NCBI GenBank assembly: GCA_964562925.1
Contig: CAZLVF010000003.1
Coordinates: 32,467 to 72,251 of the forward strand
Length of the DNA stretch: 39,785 bases
Source of the DNA: an uncultured Candidatus Bathyarchaeia archaeon
GTDB taxonomy: Archaea; Thermoproteota; Bathyarchaeia; 40CM-2-53-6; CAVXDP01
Direction: 5' to 3'
The position numbers and the translations under genes were made by a program. The notes under the pieces were generated by a model. The model had not been told where the DNA came from. It worked only from the letters and a program-made list of their open reading frames with translations, and made no database searches. Below, piece by piece: positions 1 through 8,649 of the stretch; position 1 is the first letter of the stretch, and the number at the start of each line of letters is the position of its first letter.

Positions 1-156
1 AGGCTTTGCGCGGTTGTAGGCGACTACTGCTACGATATTCCCAACGACGCAGGACTCAGAGTAGCTTTCAACCCAAAAGACAATACGGCAGAGAGGCTTG
101 CTGATGTTATCGTGAGAAGCAACAGCTTGACAGATATCCTTAAGCATCTTGTCTAG
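1..156 (+). CDS. C-terminal fragment of a HAD-superfamily hydrolase (phosphoserine phosphatase-like), truncated by the window edge
   Basis: Frame 1 reads RLCAVVGDYCYDIPNDAGLRVAFNPKDNTAERLADVIVRSNSLTDILKHLV*. GDxxxD is HAD motif IV, and AGLxVAFNPK is typical of SerB-like C-termini. Not in the ORF track. Confidence 0.65.
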   Translation, partial: RLCAVVGDYCYDIPNDAGLRVAFNPKDNTAERLADVIVRSNSLTDILKHLV

Positions 157-322
157 TCTATCGAATTTCTCGGGTAAAAGGCTAGGTCAGCAACGTCAAA
201 AAGCGGTACACTCCCCCTACGGAAAGACATAAAAGATAGCGGTTCATGAGGATAAGGCACCCCTCGTTGGTCAAACGCTGAATGCCTAGACGTGCTTCGA
301 GTTTTCTGGAGAGCATTCTTTA

Positions 323-610
323 ATGTCATATCAACCGAAGCCATGTTTCCCCAGATGTGAGTTCTTTAGGTGCTCCCAACATTCAATACGCTTCAAGGGC
401 GAAACAGCTTGGTGCAACTTCGCAGATGATGAATGTGAGATATCAAAGTGTAAGTATGCCCAGTGTGTTAGGTCGAGACTTCTGCCTAGCGGTATATGCG
501 GACTGACGGTTAGGGCAAAGAGCTTAGAAATTGAACCTGCAGAAGTGACTAAACCGGTAAGGGTCCCAGCAAAGCTGATTCAGAAAATAAAGGAAAGAGA
601 ACTCTTCTAG
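323..610 (+). CDS. Cys-rich hypothetical protein, probably metal-binding
   Basis: 95 aa with 8 Cys (CxxxC..C..WC..C..C..C..C) and a charged C-terminus. Confidence 0.65.
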   Translation: MSYQPKPCFPRCEFFRCSQHSIRFKGETAWCNFADDECEISKCKYAQCVRSRLLPSGICGLTVRAKSLEIEPAEVTKPVRVPAKLIQKIKERELF

Positions 611-969
611 GACGCGTTCATACAACTCTATCCATTTGAAAATCTCCTGGGATACGTATCGTTGACTGACCAACTTGAACCATCGTGACAGAAAACTCCT
701 AACCTATAGGACAAGGTTACGGTAGCTAGCTACGACATTCTCTTGAGTCTCAGAGTCAACTAGCTGCTCCCTCTTTGAAGCTGACATGTCACAATATCCA
801 CTGATAGGATCGGTGAACAGAACCTGAAAGAGTTAGAATCCCGCTGCGAAGTGCCTAACCAAGCCTAACGGTAGGATATGATGAAAAACCGTTCTTACAC
901 CAGATCTTCAAAGTATTTATTAGAGTGGAAATCGTCAAGACGAACTTCTTGGATGAGTGGGGTGTGACT

Positions 970-1575
970 ATGAAGGTAAGTCCTAAGGACCATCTGAAAC
1001 CAAAAGGATTGAGAGGAATATCAGACCAACAAATCGAGTATCATTTTGAGACACACTACAAAGGCTACGTAGCGAAGACCAACGAGATATGGGAGAAGTT
1101 GGAGATGGTTGACCGGACTAAAGCGAACCAGAACTACAGCGAGTATAGGGAATTAAAAGTCGAAGAGAGCTTCAACTGGATGGGTGTAGTTCTTCACGAG
1201 CTCTACTTTGAAAATATTAAGGATGGCGCAGGAACGCAGCCGGGAACAAGGCTCGGTCAGATGATAGCGGAGAATTTTGAATCGATCGACAAGTGGAAGG
1301 AAGACTTCAAGGCGTGCGGAATAGCGCTTAGAGGATGGTCTGTGCTTTCATACGATCTTTCAGGTAAAAGACTCGTCAATAATGGTTTAGACGCCCATAA
1401 CGTCTACGGGTTCCTGAACGCGATCCCGCTGTTGGTTCTGGACGTGTACGAGCACGCCTATTATACGGACCGTGGACCTAAGAGAGCACCATACATAGAT
1501 TCGTTCTTCGAGAACGTCAACTGGAACGTCGTCAACAAGAGGTTAGAAGCTGCTCTGAGGGTCTCAACCAGTTAA
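970..1575 (+). CDS. sod: Fe/Mn superoxide dismutase
   Basis: Metal-ligand motifs HFETHYKGY, LHELYF and DVYEHAYY. ATG 970 follows an SD-like GGGGTGTGA; the ORF track starts at GTG 925. Confidence 0.92.
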   Translation: MKVSPKDHLKPKGLRGISDQQIEYHFETHYKGYVAKTNEIWEKLEMVDRTKANQNYSEYRELKVEESFNWMGVVLHELYFENIKDGAGTQPGTRLGQMIAENFESIDKWKEDFKACGIALRGWSVLSYDLSGKRLVNNGLDAHNVYGFLNAIPLLVLDVYEHAYYTDRGPKRAPYIDSFFENVNWNVVNKRLEAALRVSTS

Positions 1576-1710
1576 GCGGTTCAACAATTCTAGGCTGTGT
1601 TGATCTATCACACAGGCAAGAGGATGCTACTGCCGTCTCCAACATTGGAAATCGCTCAGGATTGCATGGCCTAAGCCAACACTTGAATCAAAGAGAGGTC
1701 TCTCTTCTCT

Positions 1711-1941
1711 CTACTTCTCGGTTGCTCGACCCTTTGGTTGCGCTTCTAGACCTCCAAAAAGCAGTAGCAGACACAGCACGCCCACAGTCAACGCGATAAA
1801 TGCAGCTCCTCTGGACACAGCCCATCCCAGATGGCTTTTGTCGATGAGAAGCCACCCTACATAGGCGGAGCTTATGGCAACAAGTCCTGCGATCATCAAG
1901 TAGACTAGCCCAATGATGGAACGAGTCCTCATCGTTTGCAT
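1711..1941 (-). CDS. small two-TM membrane protein, hypothetical
   Basis: 76 aa with two hydrophobic stretches; no family recognised. Confidence 0.5.
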   Translation of the reverse strand: MQTMRTRSIIGLVYLMIAGLVAISSAYVGWLLIDKSHLGWAVSRGAAFIALTVGVLCLLLLFGGLEAQPKGRATEK

Positions 1942-2282
1942 CGATTGGCCACCGGCAGAACTCGATGGTCTTGGACCCTAGCTCTTAAGACTTTTGCCTA
2001 GTCAGGTCTGCCGGCTCAGGTGACTCCTAACAGTCGTTGCCTGTCTTGTTTCCACGTGCTGGGCCGAAGTTGAGTAGATTTTGTGCTTCTCTCGGAGGGG
2101 TAGGAGGGAGGAGGACACCCAAGAACCTCTAACGCGCAATTCAAGGTTCTATCCAGACTTAGGAGGTCCTACGGGTCTATGTGCTTGGTTTGGTCTCGAT
2201 GAGGCTATAGTCTAAGCTCTGCTTTTCTTTTCGAGCCGCTATAGCAATTGTGGTCAGGTATACATATGGAAAACCATACAAA

Positions 2283-3059
2283 TCACTTCTTGAGTGCTTT
2301 TCTTGCAAACGTGATGTAGCCTGTATGGCCTATCATGAATGTGACGGGTCTTGTCTTTCCTTTTTCCACACGAATCTCGCGTAGGAGACACTCGATAGTC
2401 TCAACATCTAAGAATTGTGATCGTTTCATGGCGCCTACGGTCTTTTCTATCTGGTTGAAGGTCGGGCTGAAGGAAGCCATCGGCGAACCTGCTTTGAGGC
2501 ATCTATAGGCTTTGGAAACGATTTTCCAGGGCTCAGCTAGATCTAACATGACAGCATCGACCTCTGTCTCGTCGAAACCTTGTCCAGCGTCAACGTTCCT
2601 TATCGTCACGTAGTCAAGTACGCCAGCTTTCTTAAGGTTTCGAGAAGCGATCTTGGCGAATTCTGGCCTGGCCTCGTATGTGTATACATGACCATCAGGC
2701 TTCACAGCGTTCGCTATGACCAACGTCAGCGCTCCACTTCCCGTTCCCGCCTCTACAACGATGCTTCCAGGTCCAAGACCAAGCTTGATAAGTATGATTC
2801 CCGCGTCTTTTGGATACACTATTTGGGTAGGTCTTTCCATCGACATAATGAAATCGTAGGTTGTCGGTTTTAGAGCCCAGAAGTCATAGTCCAAGCTGCT
2901 CTTTACCGCGGCTCCATACGGTTCTCCCACGATCGTGGAGAGCTTCACAACTCCCTTATGTGTGTGGAACTCTCTTTCGCCCGAGACTTTCACAAGCCAC
3001 TTTCTATGTTCGTCAAAGTACAGAAGGACATAGTCTCCTTCGCGTATTACGCTTGCCAT
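2283..3059 (-). CDS. trmI: tRNA (adenine-57/58-N1)-methyltransferase TrmI/Gcd14
   Basis: FHTHKG, RPTQIVYPKD, SAM motif EAGTGSG, LDLAEPW, FSPT and GHTGY. ATG 3059 preferred over the upstream TTG. Confidence 0.95.
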   Translation of the reverse strand: MASVIREGDYVLLYFDEHRKWLVKVSGEREFHTHKGVVKLSTIVGEPYGAAVKSSLDYDFWALKPTTYDFIMSMERPTQIVYPKDAGIILIKLGLGPGSIVVEAGTGSGALTLVIANAVKPDGHVYTYEARPEFAKIASRNLKKAGVLDYVTIRNVDAGQGFDETEVDAVMLDLAEPWKIVSKAYRCLKAGSPMASFSPTFNQIEKTVGAMKRSQFLDVETIECLLREIRVEKGKTRPVTFMIGHTGYITFARKALKK

Positions 3060-3118
3060 AGTATCCACTCCAAGGAGTAGAAACAACCGCTATGAAAGAG
3101 AAGGCTAATCGCATGTCC

Positions 3119-3129
3119 TTATATATTTA
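3119..3129. promoter_or_regulatory. candidate TATA box between divergent trmI and DUF2116 genes
   Basis: TTATATATTTA in a short divergent intergenic gap. Confidence 0.5.
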
Positions 3130-3140
3130 GGCAGAAGACT

Positions 3141-3371
3141 ATGGGCGTGACCGACATGTCCTATTCACAGAAAGAACCTAAGGTCGTTATGTTCAAGCAT
3201 CGACATTGCTTGGTCTGCGGTCTACCAGTGAACATAAACAAGACTTTCTGTAGCCCAGAATGTGAAGCTCAAAACAAGAAGATGACACGCAGAAGAACCT
3301 ACACGCTTATCGCGATGACAGCGATTTTCCCAGTGATCATCTTGGTGATGATGATCTTTTCCGGACGCTAG
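3141..3371 (+). CDS. DUF2116-family Zn-ribbon membrane protein
   Basis: HRHCLVCG...FCSPEC followed by a basic patch and a C-terminal TM helix. Confidence 0.8.
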   Translation: MGVTDMSYSQKEPKVVMFKHRHCLVCGLPVNINKTFCSPECEAQNKKMTRRRTYTLIAMTAIFPVIILVMMIFSGR

Positions 3372-3569
3372 CAAGTCTCATAGACACGCAGTTGTAAAGA
3401 GTCATCTTTCCAAACCACTACTTCATACTCTCACAAGTTAAATTTCAGACGGTAACTGACGAAACACGAACGTGAGAATTATCGTCTCAAAGCTTCTCTA
3501 GACGTTATCGGAAGTTTTCAAACTCGATTATACCGAAGGTGGCATCACTTCTCGAGAAAGGGGCAAGCA

Positions 3570-4376
3570 TTGTACAACAAGATTTTCACAACGCTTCTCG
3601 ATATTCCAAAGGCTTGGAGAGCATATGTCAAAATCGGACCGGTACTATGGGCGATACCTCTGGCCTCGTTCCTGAGCGTGTGGGAGATAGTCTCTCGGAC
3701 GGGCTACTTTGCAGCGGAAAACGTGCCCGCTTTCACGACCGTTCTTCTTACATTGTACAGTTGCATGAAGATGCCGGATTTCACCCTAAGGGTCGCTCAA
3801 AGTTTTCTTAATCTCTCCGTGGGCATACTCTCAGCACTCTTTGTTGCTTTGCCTCTCTCGCTGATCACGGGTCTACGGAGCAGACTTGACTTAACGTTAA
3901 CGCCAATCATAATGTTGATGGGCGCACTCCCAGACTTGGCTATCTTGCCTATCGTAGTCATGTGGTTTGGGCCGGGAAACACCGCGGCCATAATGATGGC
4001 GGCGGTCTGCGCCTTTTTCCCGATCTACTTCACAGTGAGGGAAGGAGCTAAAGCGATTCCACAAGACTATTTTCATGTGGCAACTGTTTTCAAATCTGGA
4101 AAGTTCTCAACAACCTCAAAGGTGATACTTCCAGCGGTTTTCCCAAACCTGGTGACCGGGCTGAGACTTTCTTTTGACTTCGTATGGGAGATCATACTGG
4201 CGATCGAGATCATTGCAAGGGTTACCGGAATAGGGACCTTCATAGATTCGTCCGTATCTGCGGGATCGATTGAATACGCTTTTGCAGGGGTTCTCGCGAT
4301 AGGTCTGATAGCGCTCTCCATAGACAGGCTTCTCTTCAGAACCCTTGAAAATAGGATAGCAAGGTGGAGAGAATGA
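3570..4376 (+). CDS. ABC transporter permease, NitT/TauT (SsuC/TauC-like)
   Basis: Multiple TM helices, EAA-like loop region ...KVILPAVFPNLVTGLR, and an ATGA overlap with the ATPase gene. Confidence 0.9.
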   Translation: MYNKIFTTLLDIPKAWRAYVKIGPVLWAIPLASFLSVWEIVSRTGYFAAENVPAFTTVLLTLYSCMKMPDFTLRVAQSFLNLSVGILSALFVALPLSLITGLRSRLDLTLTPIIMLMGALPDLAILPIVVMWFGPGNTAAIMMAAVCAFFPIYFTVREGAKAIPQDYFHVATVFKSGKFSTTSKVILPAVFPNLVTGLRLSFDFVWEIILAIEIIARVTGIGTFIDSSVSAGSIEYAFAGVLAIGLIALSIDRLLFRTLENRIARWRE

Positions 4377-5197
4377 CTTCTCAAATGGAGGTTCTCGACG
4401 TTTCGAAGGTCTACTGGGACTCTGAGAAGGTTATGTCAGCACTCCAAAGTATTACTTTTGGCATCGAGAGGGGACAGTTTGTATGTATTGTAGGCCCGAG
4501 TGGATGCGGAAAGTCAACCCTTCTTAAGATAATGGCTGGACTAGAGAAGCCTTCCTCCGGCGAGGTCAGGTTTGAAGGAGAACCGATTATAAGGCCGCAT
4601 AATAAGATAAGCATGGTTTTCCAGTCCTTTGCGCTCTTTCCTTGGCGAACGATTCTTGAAAATGCCGAGTTTGGACTTGAGACGCAAGGATGGTCGCGAG
4701 ATAAGCGGCGTGAGGCGGCTCTTGAATGCCTCGAGATGGTTGGGCTGGCCGAATGTCAGCGAATGTATCCAAAGCAGCTTTCAGGTGGAATGAAACAGAG
4801 AGTTGGAATCGCAAGAGCTCTCGCAGTTGATCCTGAGATAATTCTCATGGATGAGGCCTTCAGCGCGGTTGACGAGTTCACGGCAGAAACGCTGAGGGAA
4901 GAGGTAGTTGAAGTCCATCTCAACACCAATAAAACCTTCCTCTTGGTAACTCATAATCTTCCGGAGGCTATTGAGCTAGCTGATAAGATCGTAGTACTGA
5001 GCGCAAGACCTGGAAGGGTCAAAGACATCCTAGATGTGGACCTTGAGAGGCCGAGAGATAAGACTGGTTCCGATTTCGTTAGTATTCACAAGAACATCTT
5101 CTATCTCCTAAAGGAGGAGTTGGAGAGTAGTATAGTGAAGCACAAGATAAGATGTATCCACGAATTCCAGAGGCTACATGACATGGAAGGTAGATAG
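4373..5197 (+). CDS. ABC transporter ATP-binding protein, NitT/TauT (SsuB/TauB-like)
   Basis: Walker A GPSGCGKS, MVFQSFALFPW, signature LSGGMKQR, Walker B ILMDE, H-loop VTH and LSARPG. Confidence 0.93.
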   Translation: MTSQMEVLDVSKVYWDSEKVMSALQSITFGIERGQFVCIVGPSGCGKSTLLKIMAGLEKPSSGEVRFEGEPIIRPHNKISMVFQSFALFPWRTILENAEFGLETQGWSRDKRREAALECLEMVGLAECQRMYPKQLSGGMKQRVGIARALAVDPEIILMDEAFSAVDEFTAETLREEVVEVHLNTNKTFLLVTHNLPEAIELADKIVVLSARPGRVKDILDVDLERPRDKTGSDFVSIHKNIFYLLKEELESSIVKHKIRCIHEFQRLHDMEGR

Positions 5198-5223
5198 CAC
5201 ATCATCCATAAAGAAGATGCTTT

Positions 5224-5628
5224 TCAGCTCCTTTTCTCGAGTTCTCTAAATTCTCTGTCGAATCTCTCCTTCAAAGAGGAGAACTGTCTGAATCTGTCGC
5301 TCCACCCTCTGAAAAATTTGAACTCCCTGACTCCAACAGCTAACCAAAGAGCCGAAACGAATACGTTTGCAATAAGGTAGACTAGCACAAGCAAACCCGA
5401 AAGGTGGCTCAGCCTAAACATAAGAAGCATAATCTTGGGGTGTAGGAGAAGGAAAAATGTAAAGAATAGCGAGAGCGGAGCAACAACTAGGGAGGATATC
5501 ATCAATATACTGAACCAGGTTCTTTCCGAATTGACGTGATATATCAGGTCATCTAGAATTTCCAAAAGACCGATCCGTTTCTGGTCTGTTAAGCTTCCTT
5601 CGTCTGCCATCGCTCTCTCAGCCATCAT
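5224..5628 (-). CDS. hypothetical membrane protein (2 TM)
   Basis: Two hydrophobic segments; co-oriented downstream of a wHTH gene. Confidence 0.7.
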   Translation of the reverse strand: MMAERAMADEGSLTDQKRIGLLEILDDLIYHVNSERTWFSILMISSLVVAPLSLFFTFFLLLHPKIMLLMFRLSHLSGLLVLVYLIANVFVSALWLAVGVREFKFFRGWSDRFRQFSSLKERFDREFRELEKRS

Positions 5629-5663
5629 AGCTCGCTATGTTATAAATCGGTTCCGTAACTTTG

Positions 5664-5963
5664 TTAACTTGGCTTTCTCCTAGCTCTAGGAAACATGGCC
5701 TCATAAGGTTGCAGGATCATCCTACAAAACTCCACGCCATCACCCGCGACCTTGTACTGGGTTACCTTCTTTCTTCCAAAGTAAACCTCATTCTTCGAGA
5801 TGAGACCTTTCTGCTCAAGTTCATCCAAGATCTCCTTGTGTTTCTGTAGGTTAAGCCCGCAATAACTCAGTAGAGCTGTCTGGTTAAGTGATCCGTACTG
5901 GATCAGTTTCAAGATGATGTCTTTCCGTATGTATACGCGATCTCTGTACTCGGTTGTTGGCAT
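5664..5963 (-). CDS. archaeal winged-helix transcriptional regulator
   Basis: YRDRVYI..DIIL..NQTALLSYCGLN...LEQKGLI...YKVAGDG, the pattern of small archaeal wHTH regulators (COG3432-like). Confidence 0.8.
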   Translation of the reverse strand: MPTTEYRDRVYIRKDIILKLIQYGSLNQTALLSYCGLNLQKHKEILDELEQKGLISKNEVYFGRKKVTQYKVAGDGVEFCRMILQPYEAMFPRARRKPS

Positions 5964-6066
5964 GCCTAGCGAATCTCAGCCTCGTCATTAGTCGACATCA
6001 GTCTTATCGGGTTCCTTTTGGAGAGACGCAGTCTGTGGCTTGATCAAGCTAGGAGCGAAGGCCAAC

Positions 6067-6438
6067 CTACCGGATTCTTGACCCACATCTTGGGCAGAAC
6101 TTTGCATGACTTGGAACAGCCGCCTTGCAGCTGGGGCAATCCACCGTGGCACTCGGGGCTGCAGCAAGGGGAGTTGGCATTACCGTAGGAGCGGCTGGAG
6201 CCGACGGCAATTCAACTGTCTTATTCAGGAGAACAACGTCCTCAATCGACTGTATTTCTGACCAAGGAACCTGAATATCTGATCCACCCTTCGTCGTCAC
6301 AACCAACGCTAGATCGAGGTCTCCCACGCTAACCGCTAGATCCTTCACGTTTCCGATTAACGCGCCCTTCAGATCGATCACCTGTTTACCAAGAAACTTT
6401 TGGCTTGGGAGATACGACTTCTTTTCGTTCTTGCTCAT
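6067..6438 (-). CDS. PRC-barrel domain protein with Pro/Ala linker and C-terminal zinc ribbon
   Basis: FLGKQVIDLKGALIGNVKDL...VPWSEIQSIEDVVLL (PRC barrel) and CPSC..FCPRCG. ATG 6438 preferred. Confidence 0.85.
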   Translation of the reverse strand: MSKNEKKSYLPSQKFLGKQVIDLKGALIGNVKDLAVSVGDLDLALVVTTKGGSDIQVPWSEIQSIEDVVLLNKTVELPSAPAAPTVMPTPLAAAPSATVDCPSCKAAVPSHAKFCPRCGSRIR

Positions 6439-6729
6439 GAGGACTCTCTCAAGGTAATGTCGCTTAAGCGGGCTAATAACGCTTGCCTCCGTCTTGCTGA
6501 GCACATACGACACAGAGAAGCAATGAAAACTGTGGCAGGAAAGCTCGGTAAACTCACGTCTGAAGAAGCCGCCAATCTAGAGGTCTTCTTCATACTGTCA
6601 CATAGGATTGATTTCTTCTACATCTGCGATTTGTATGATCTTTATCGAAAAGCTTTTTCAACTGCATATGCTCCGCATACAGGTGATTGCTCTAGTCACT
6701 GATATGATCTGGTATCGGAGTAATCTCTC

Positions 6730-7299
6730 ATGCGAGGTGGGCCTTTCTTTGTTGGAATGGGAATGCTGACCTTGGGCGTACTCTTGCTAGCTTTTGGGGC
6801 ACGATCGCAAACGATCGATGTGCCTAGAATTGAGACAAGTGTGCTTTTTGACAGGTCAGTATTGACTGTTGGCGACGTCGCCTATAAAGGCTCAGAGTTG
6901 AAAGCAAATTGGACCATTCTGTGTTCCGGATCCGTAGCTATGCCTTCCAGCAATGAATCTGGAGACATAAACTTCTACGTTATGGACGATACTAACTTTC
7001 AGAAGTATAAGAGCGGCGAGAGAAGCGTAGACTATATTATACAGAAGCTACAGGTGAGCCAACTGGAGTCGTCCTTCGTTACGCGTCATGATGGTATGTA
7101 CTATTTCGTCTTCGACAACAGCTATGAAACACTTTACAAGAAAGAAGTAACCTTCTCAGCACTAGCTCAGTACACGGAGATCTATCAGCAAATAGTTGAG
7201 GATCGAACACTCAACAGCTACGGATACCCACTGATTGCTGTCGGAGCTGTGGCCACCATATATGGACTAGTCAGGAAGGCTGATGTAAGATGGGCCTAG
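6730..7299 (+). CDS. membrane-anchored protein with GOLD/emp24-like beta-sandwich
   Basis: N- and C-terminal TM helices; DINFYVMD...GMYYFVFDNSY motif. Confidence 0.7.
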   Translation: MRGGPFFVGMGMLTLGVLLLAFGARSQTIDVPRIETSVLFDRSVLTVGDVAYKGSELKANWTILCSGSVAMPSSNESGDINFYVMDDTNFQKYKSGERSVDYIIQKLQVSQLESSFVTRHDGMYYFVFDNSYETLYKKEVTFSALAQYTEIYQQIVEDRTLNSYGYPLIAVGAVATIYGLVRKADVRWA

Positions 7300-7334
7300 C
7301 AGGGCGGCTCTATATAGTTAAAGGGTGAGGAACC

Positions 7335-7943
7335 CTGACTCACCTTGGATTTCAGTATGTTGGAATCGGAATCAGGTTTGTAGCCCAGCTAATTGACACA
7401 TTTATTGTATCGCTACTGGTTGGACTCTTGATCAATGCCGCGGGCATTCACTTGTCCTTGGGAACAGAACTGGACTTTGGTTTCTTGCCACTAATCATGA
7501 TCGGGGCAGTCTTCGCGTACTTCACTCTTATGGAGAGTTTTCTTGGAGCAACGGCAGGAAAGATGATCTTCAAAGTGAAAGTCTTGAAAGAGGACGGTAG
7601 TCCTTGCAGCTTCAGCGCAGCTGCTGTTCGAAATCTTCTGAGGTTTATCGATGCTTTACCGTTTCTGTACCTGATCGGAGTCATATTGATGTTTCGATCT
7701 GAGAAGAAACAGAGACTCGGGGATAGGGTTGCAAAGACTATTGTCGTGAAACCTAGAGGGGAATATCCTTCTCTTCCACCGCCGCCACCTACATATCCCC
7801 CACTGCCGGCGCCAACTTACACCCCGTCGTCATATCCTCCCGCTCCTCGCGAACCTCCCCTATCGGCAAAGTACTGTATGAACTGCGGCACACCTATACC
7901 AGTTCGGGCGATGTTCTGCCCGCGATGTGGAACACGACAATAA
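7335..7943 (+). CDS. RDD-family membrane protein with Pro-rich linker and zinc ribbon; probable CTG start
   Basis: In-frame upstream extension gives the first RDD motif YVGIGIRFVAQLIDT; also GATAGK, RNLLRFID, QRLGDRVAKT and CMNCG..FCPRCG. Confidence 0.85.
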   Translation: MTHLGFQYVGIGIRFVAQLIDTFIVSLLVGLLINAAGIHLSLGTELDFGFLPLIMIGAVFAYFTLMESFLGATAGKMIFKVKVLKEDGSPCSFSAAAVRNLLRFIDALPFLYLIGVILMFRSEKKQRLGDRVAKTIVVKPRGEYPSLPPPPPTYPPLPAPTYTPSSYPPAPREPPLSAKYCMNCGTPIPVRAMFCPRCGTRQ

Positions 7944-8228
7944 GACAGCGGATCTTCTGCAGATTAGAGTTGACTCGTGGTCTAATCATTTGGCGAAATG
8001 GACTAACCCTCTGAAGTGAGCCCCTGCAAACTAAGCAGACAGCATGAGTCCAAGAGTGCCGTCCCCGGACGCGTATAGAAAGTGTCCAAGACTTCGTAGC
8101 GACTCGCCAATTGACTGATCCATTTCGGGTTTGCTTTCAAACGGATGCCAGTTTCGACGATTCAAAGACCCGTTCTCCGGAAAATTCTAAATAGACGCCA
8201 GGAGAAGAGGAGTAGGCAGTGAACCGCT

Positions 8229-8483
8229 TTGAGCGCTCTGCAGAAGAAGACGATCCTGATGGATGAGAACCTGTCTAAGGTTATTGGAAAAGATCAGGGA
8301 AGTCTGGCTAGCTACGCAGAAATCACGAAGGGGATACATGACTATATAAAAAAACACGATCTAAGAAAGGGCGTGGAGACTCCATCAGAACCCGGACCGA
8401 GCACTGTAAGTTTCTGTTTCAACTGCGGGTCTGACATACCTGCTGGCTCAGTCTTCTGCGACAAGTGCGGTAAGAAACAGTAA
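8229..8483 (+). CDS. SWIB/MDM2-like domain fused to zinc ribbon
   Basis: MDENLSKVIG...SYAEITKGIHDYIKKHDL resembles the SWIB core; CFNCG..FCDKCG tail. Confidence 0.7.
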   Translation: MSALQKKTILMDENLSKVIGKDQGSLASYAEITKGIHDYIKKHDLRKGVETPSEPGPSTVSFCFNCGSDIPAGSVFCDKCGKKQ

Positions 8484-8649
8484 AGCCTTTCTAACGCTGA
8501 GGTTCCTATCTTCTCAAATCCTCTCGATTACAAATGTCCCTTTGAACCAAACTCGGGTGAACGTGAAGTTAACGGTTCAGGCACTGTTTATATAACTTGA
8601 AGAGCCGTCTATCACACGGTTATTTCTGCACGGTTGGAGAGTGTTATTC

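Noticed and set aside
2027-2122. Minus-strand short ORF LPPTPPREAQNLLNFGPARGNK, resembling a decayed Pro-linker + zinc ribbon (FCPxCG)
   Set aside because: Both Cys residues are absent and the ORF is only 31 aa; the resemblance is too weak to call a pseudogene.
7770-7860. C-rich quasi-repeat
   Set aside because: It encodes the Pro-rich linker of the RDD protein and is not an independent repeat.
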